NCBI GenBank assembly: GCA_022818765.1
Contig: CP063810.1
Coordinates: 263,533-327,532 of the forward strand
Direction of reading: 5' to 3'
Source: Bordetella sp.
GTDB taxonomy: Bacteria > Pseudomonadota > Gammaproteobacteria > Burkholderiales > Burkholderiaceae_B
Length of the DNA stretch: 64,000 nt
Below, one piece after another: positions 63,132 to 64,000 of this stretch. The translations under genes and the position numbers were made by a program. The notes beneath the pieces were generated by a model. That model was not told the origin of the DNA. It saw only the letters and a program-made list of their open reading frames with translations, and searched no databases. Numbering within the stretch: the stretch's first letter is position 1; each line of letters begins with the position of its first letter.

Positions 63132-64000
63132 ACAGACGCTCAAAATCTTTCATATAGGTAACTAGTGCTTGTACACCCTCTAATTGCATAGCATTATAAA
63201 GAGAAGCTCGGATTCCTCCTACACTTTTATGTCCTTTTAATTGAATTAATCCTTCAAGTTTAGCTTTTTCTAAAAAAATTTTATTAAGAGAATGATTTTT
63301 CAAAAAAAAAGGAATATTCATTCTTGAACGCACAGATTTACAAACATAATTTTCATAGAAAGATGTTGAATCGATATAATCATAAATAAGAGATGATTTT
63401 ACCTTATTATTTATCTCCATAAACTTGATACCACCACTTTTTTTGATCCATTTAAAAATCAAACCAGATACATAGATCGAAAAAGTGGGAGGTGTGTTAT
63501 AACAAGAATGATTAACAGATACATTCAAATAATCAAATACAGAAGGACATATAGGTAAAGCTTTTCCAATTAAATCCTTTCGAACAATGACTATTGTGAC
63601 ACCAGCGGAACCAGCATTCTTTTGTGCAGTAGCAAATACTGCACCTAATTTATTCATTTCTAATGAAACGGATAAAAAATTCGAAGATGCATCCATAACT
63701 AAAGTAGTATCTAGAAGTCCAAAGTTAGATAAATTTGGAATCTTTGAAAATTCAACTCCATCTATCGTTTCATTACTACAAATGTGAAGATAAGAAGCAT
63801 CTTTTCGTAAATTCCAATTTCTTTCATCAGGAATCCAAGTCCAAGGTTTTTGTTCCTTATTATCTATTTTAGAATAAGCATTATTGCTTGCAGCTATATG
63901 AATATCACCATAGCGTTTTGCTTCTTTATAGGATAAATTTGACCAATAGCCGGTTATTATAAAATCAGCTTTATTAGAATTATTTTTTCCAGCAATTAAA
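63124..64000 (-). CDS. serC: phosphoserine aminotransferase (partial; N-terminus beyond the window edge)
   Basis: My hand translation shows the frame stays open from 63124 to the window end (…LIAGKNNSNKADFIITGYWS…ICSNETIDGVEF…MDASSNF…QKNAG.AGVT…GGIRASLYNAM). The listed 190-aa ORF is only the part after an internal Met. Confidence 0.85.
   Translation of the reverse strand, partial: LIAGKNNSNKADFIITGYWSNLSYKEAKRYGDIHIAASNNAYSKIDNKEQKPWTWIPDERNWNLRKDASYLHICSNETIDGVEFSKIPNLSNFGLLDTTLVMDASSNFLSVSLEMNKLGAVFATAQKNAGSAGVTIVIVRKDLIGKALPICPSVFDYLNVSVNHSCYNTPPTFSIYVSGLIFKWIKKSGGIKFMEINNKVKSSLIYDYIDSTSFYENYVCKSVRSRMNIPFFLKNHSLNKIFLEKAKLEGLIQLKGHKSVGGIRASLYNAMQLEGVQALVTYMKDFERLYG

Noticed and set aside
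63124-63696. serC as a truncated or pseudogenised 190-aa fragment
   Set aside because: Hand translation shows the same frame stays open to the window edge with normal SerC sequence. The ORF track simply starts at an internal Met. The gene is partial only because of the window boundary.
1-64000. Alternative genetic code (UGA=Trp), as in some tiny betaproteobacterial symbionts
   Set aside because: Trp positions in conserved motifs are TGG, and TGA terminates several genes at their expected ends (e.g. rpoZ, spoT).
1-64000. CRISPR arrays, insertion sequences, integrases, prophage or defence/toxin modules
   Set aside because: There are no spaced direct repeats, no transposase/integrase-like ORFs, and no unexplained multi-gene block. 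Every ORF over 100 aa except 52901-53476 is assignable to a housekeeping family.

Overview
This window is a strongly AT-rich, gene-dense, housekeeping-only stretch of a reduced bacterial genome. Gene content and local synteny (serC-pheA-tyrA-aroA-cmk-rpsA, rimP-nusA-infB-rbfA-truB, surE-nlpD, a six-gene mrp/pha cluster with fused A/B) point to a Burkholderiales/Alcaligenaceae-like betaproteobacterial obligate symbiont, for example something like Ca. Kinetoplastibacterium. That assignment is inference only. I support about 58 protein genes, 4 tRNAs (Ser-UGA, Leu-UAA, Asn-GUU, Thr-CGU), a few hairpins/repeats and one heavily eroded gene relic. I found no rRNA, CRISPR array, transposase/integrase, prophage, toxin-antitoxin or recognisable defence genes, and I cannot honestly nominate a novel multi-gene system. 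The standard code applies: TGA is used as a stop and TGG as Trp. The most unusual signal is that eight otherwise intact genes (tpiA, qor, plsY, rho, infB, rluB, a 1-Cys peroxiredoxin, etfB) are interrupted by ten frameshifts. By my hand translation, every one is repaired by adding exactly one nucleotide inside a homopolymer run. That one-directional pattern in essential genes suggests either systematic homopolymer under-calling in the assembly, or a deletion-biased genome that relies on slippage or reinitiation. Secondary observations are listed below.
- A 1.2 kb non-coding spacer lies upstream of rho and contains a perfect 24-bp inverted repeat.
- The ftsY and rsmD start codons overlap head to head.
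- The rmlB-rmlD-rmlC cluster lacks rmlA.
- Several genes usually found at syntenic positions appear to have been deleted cleanly.
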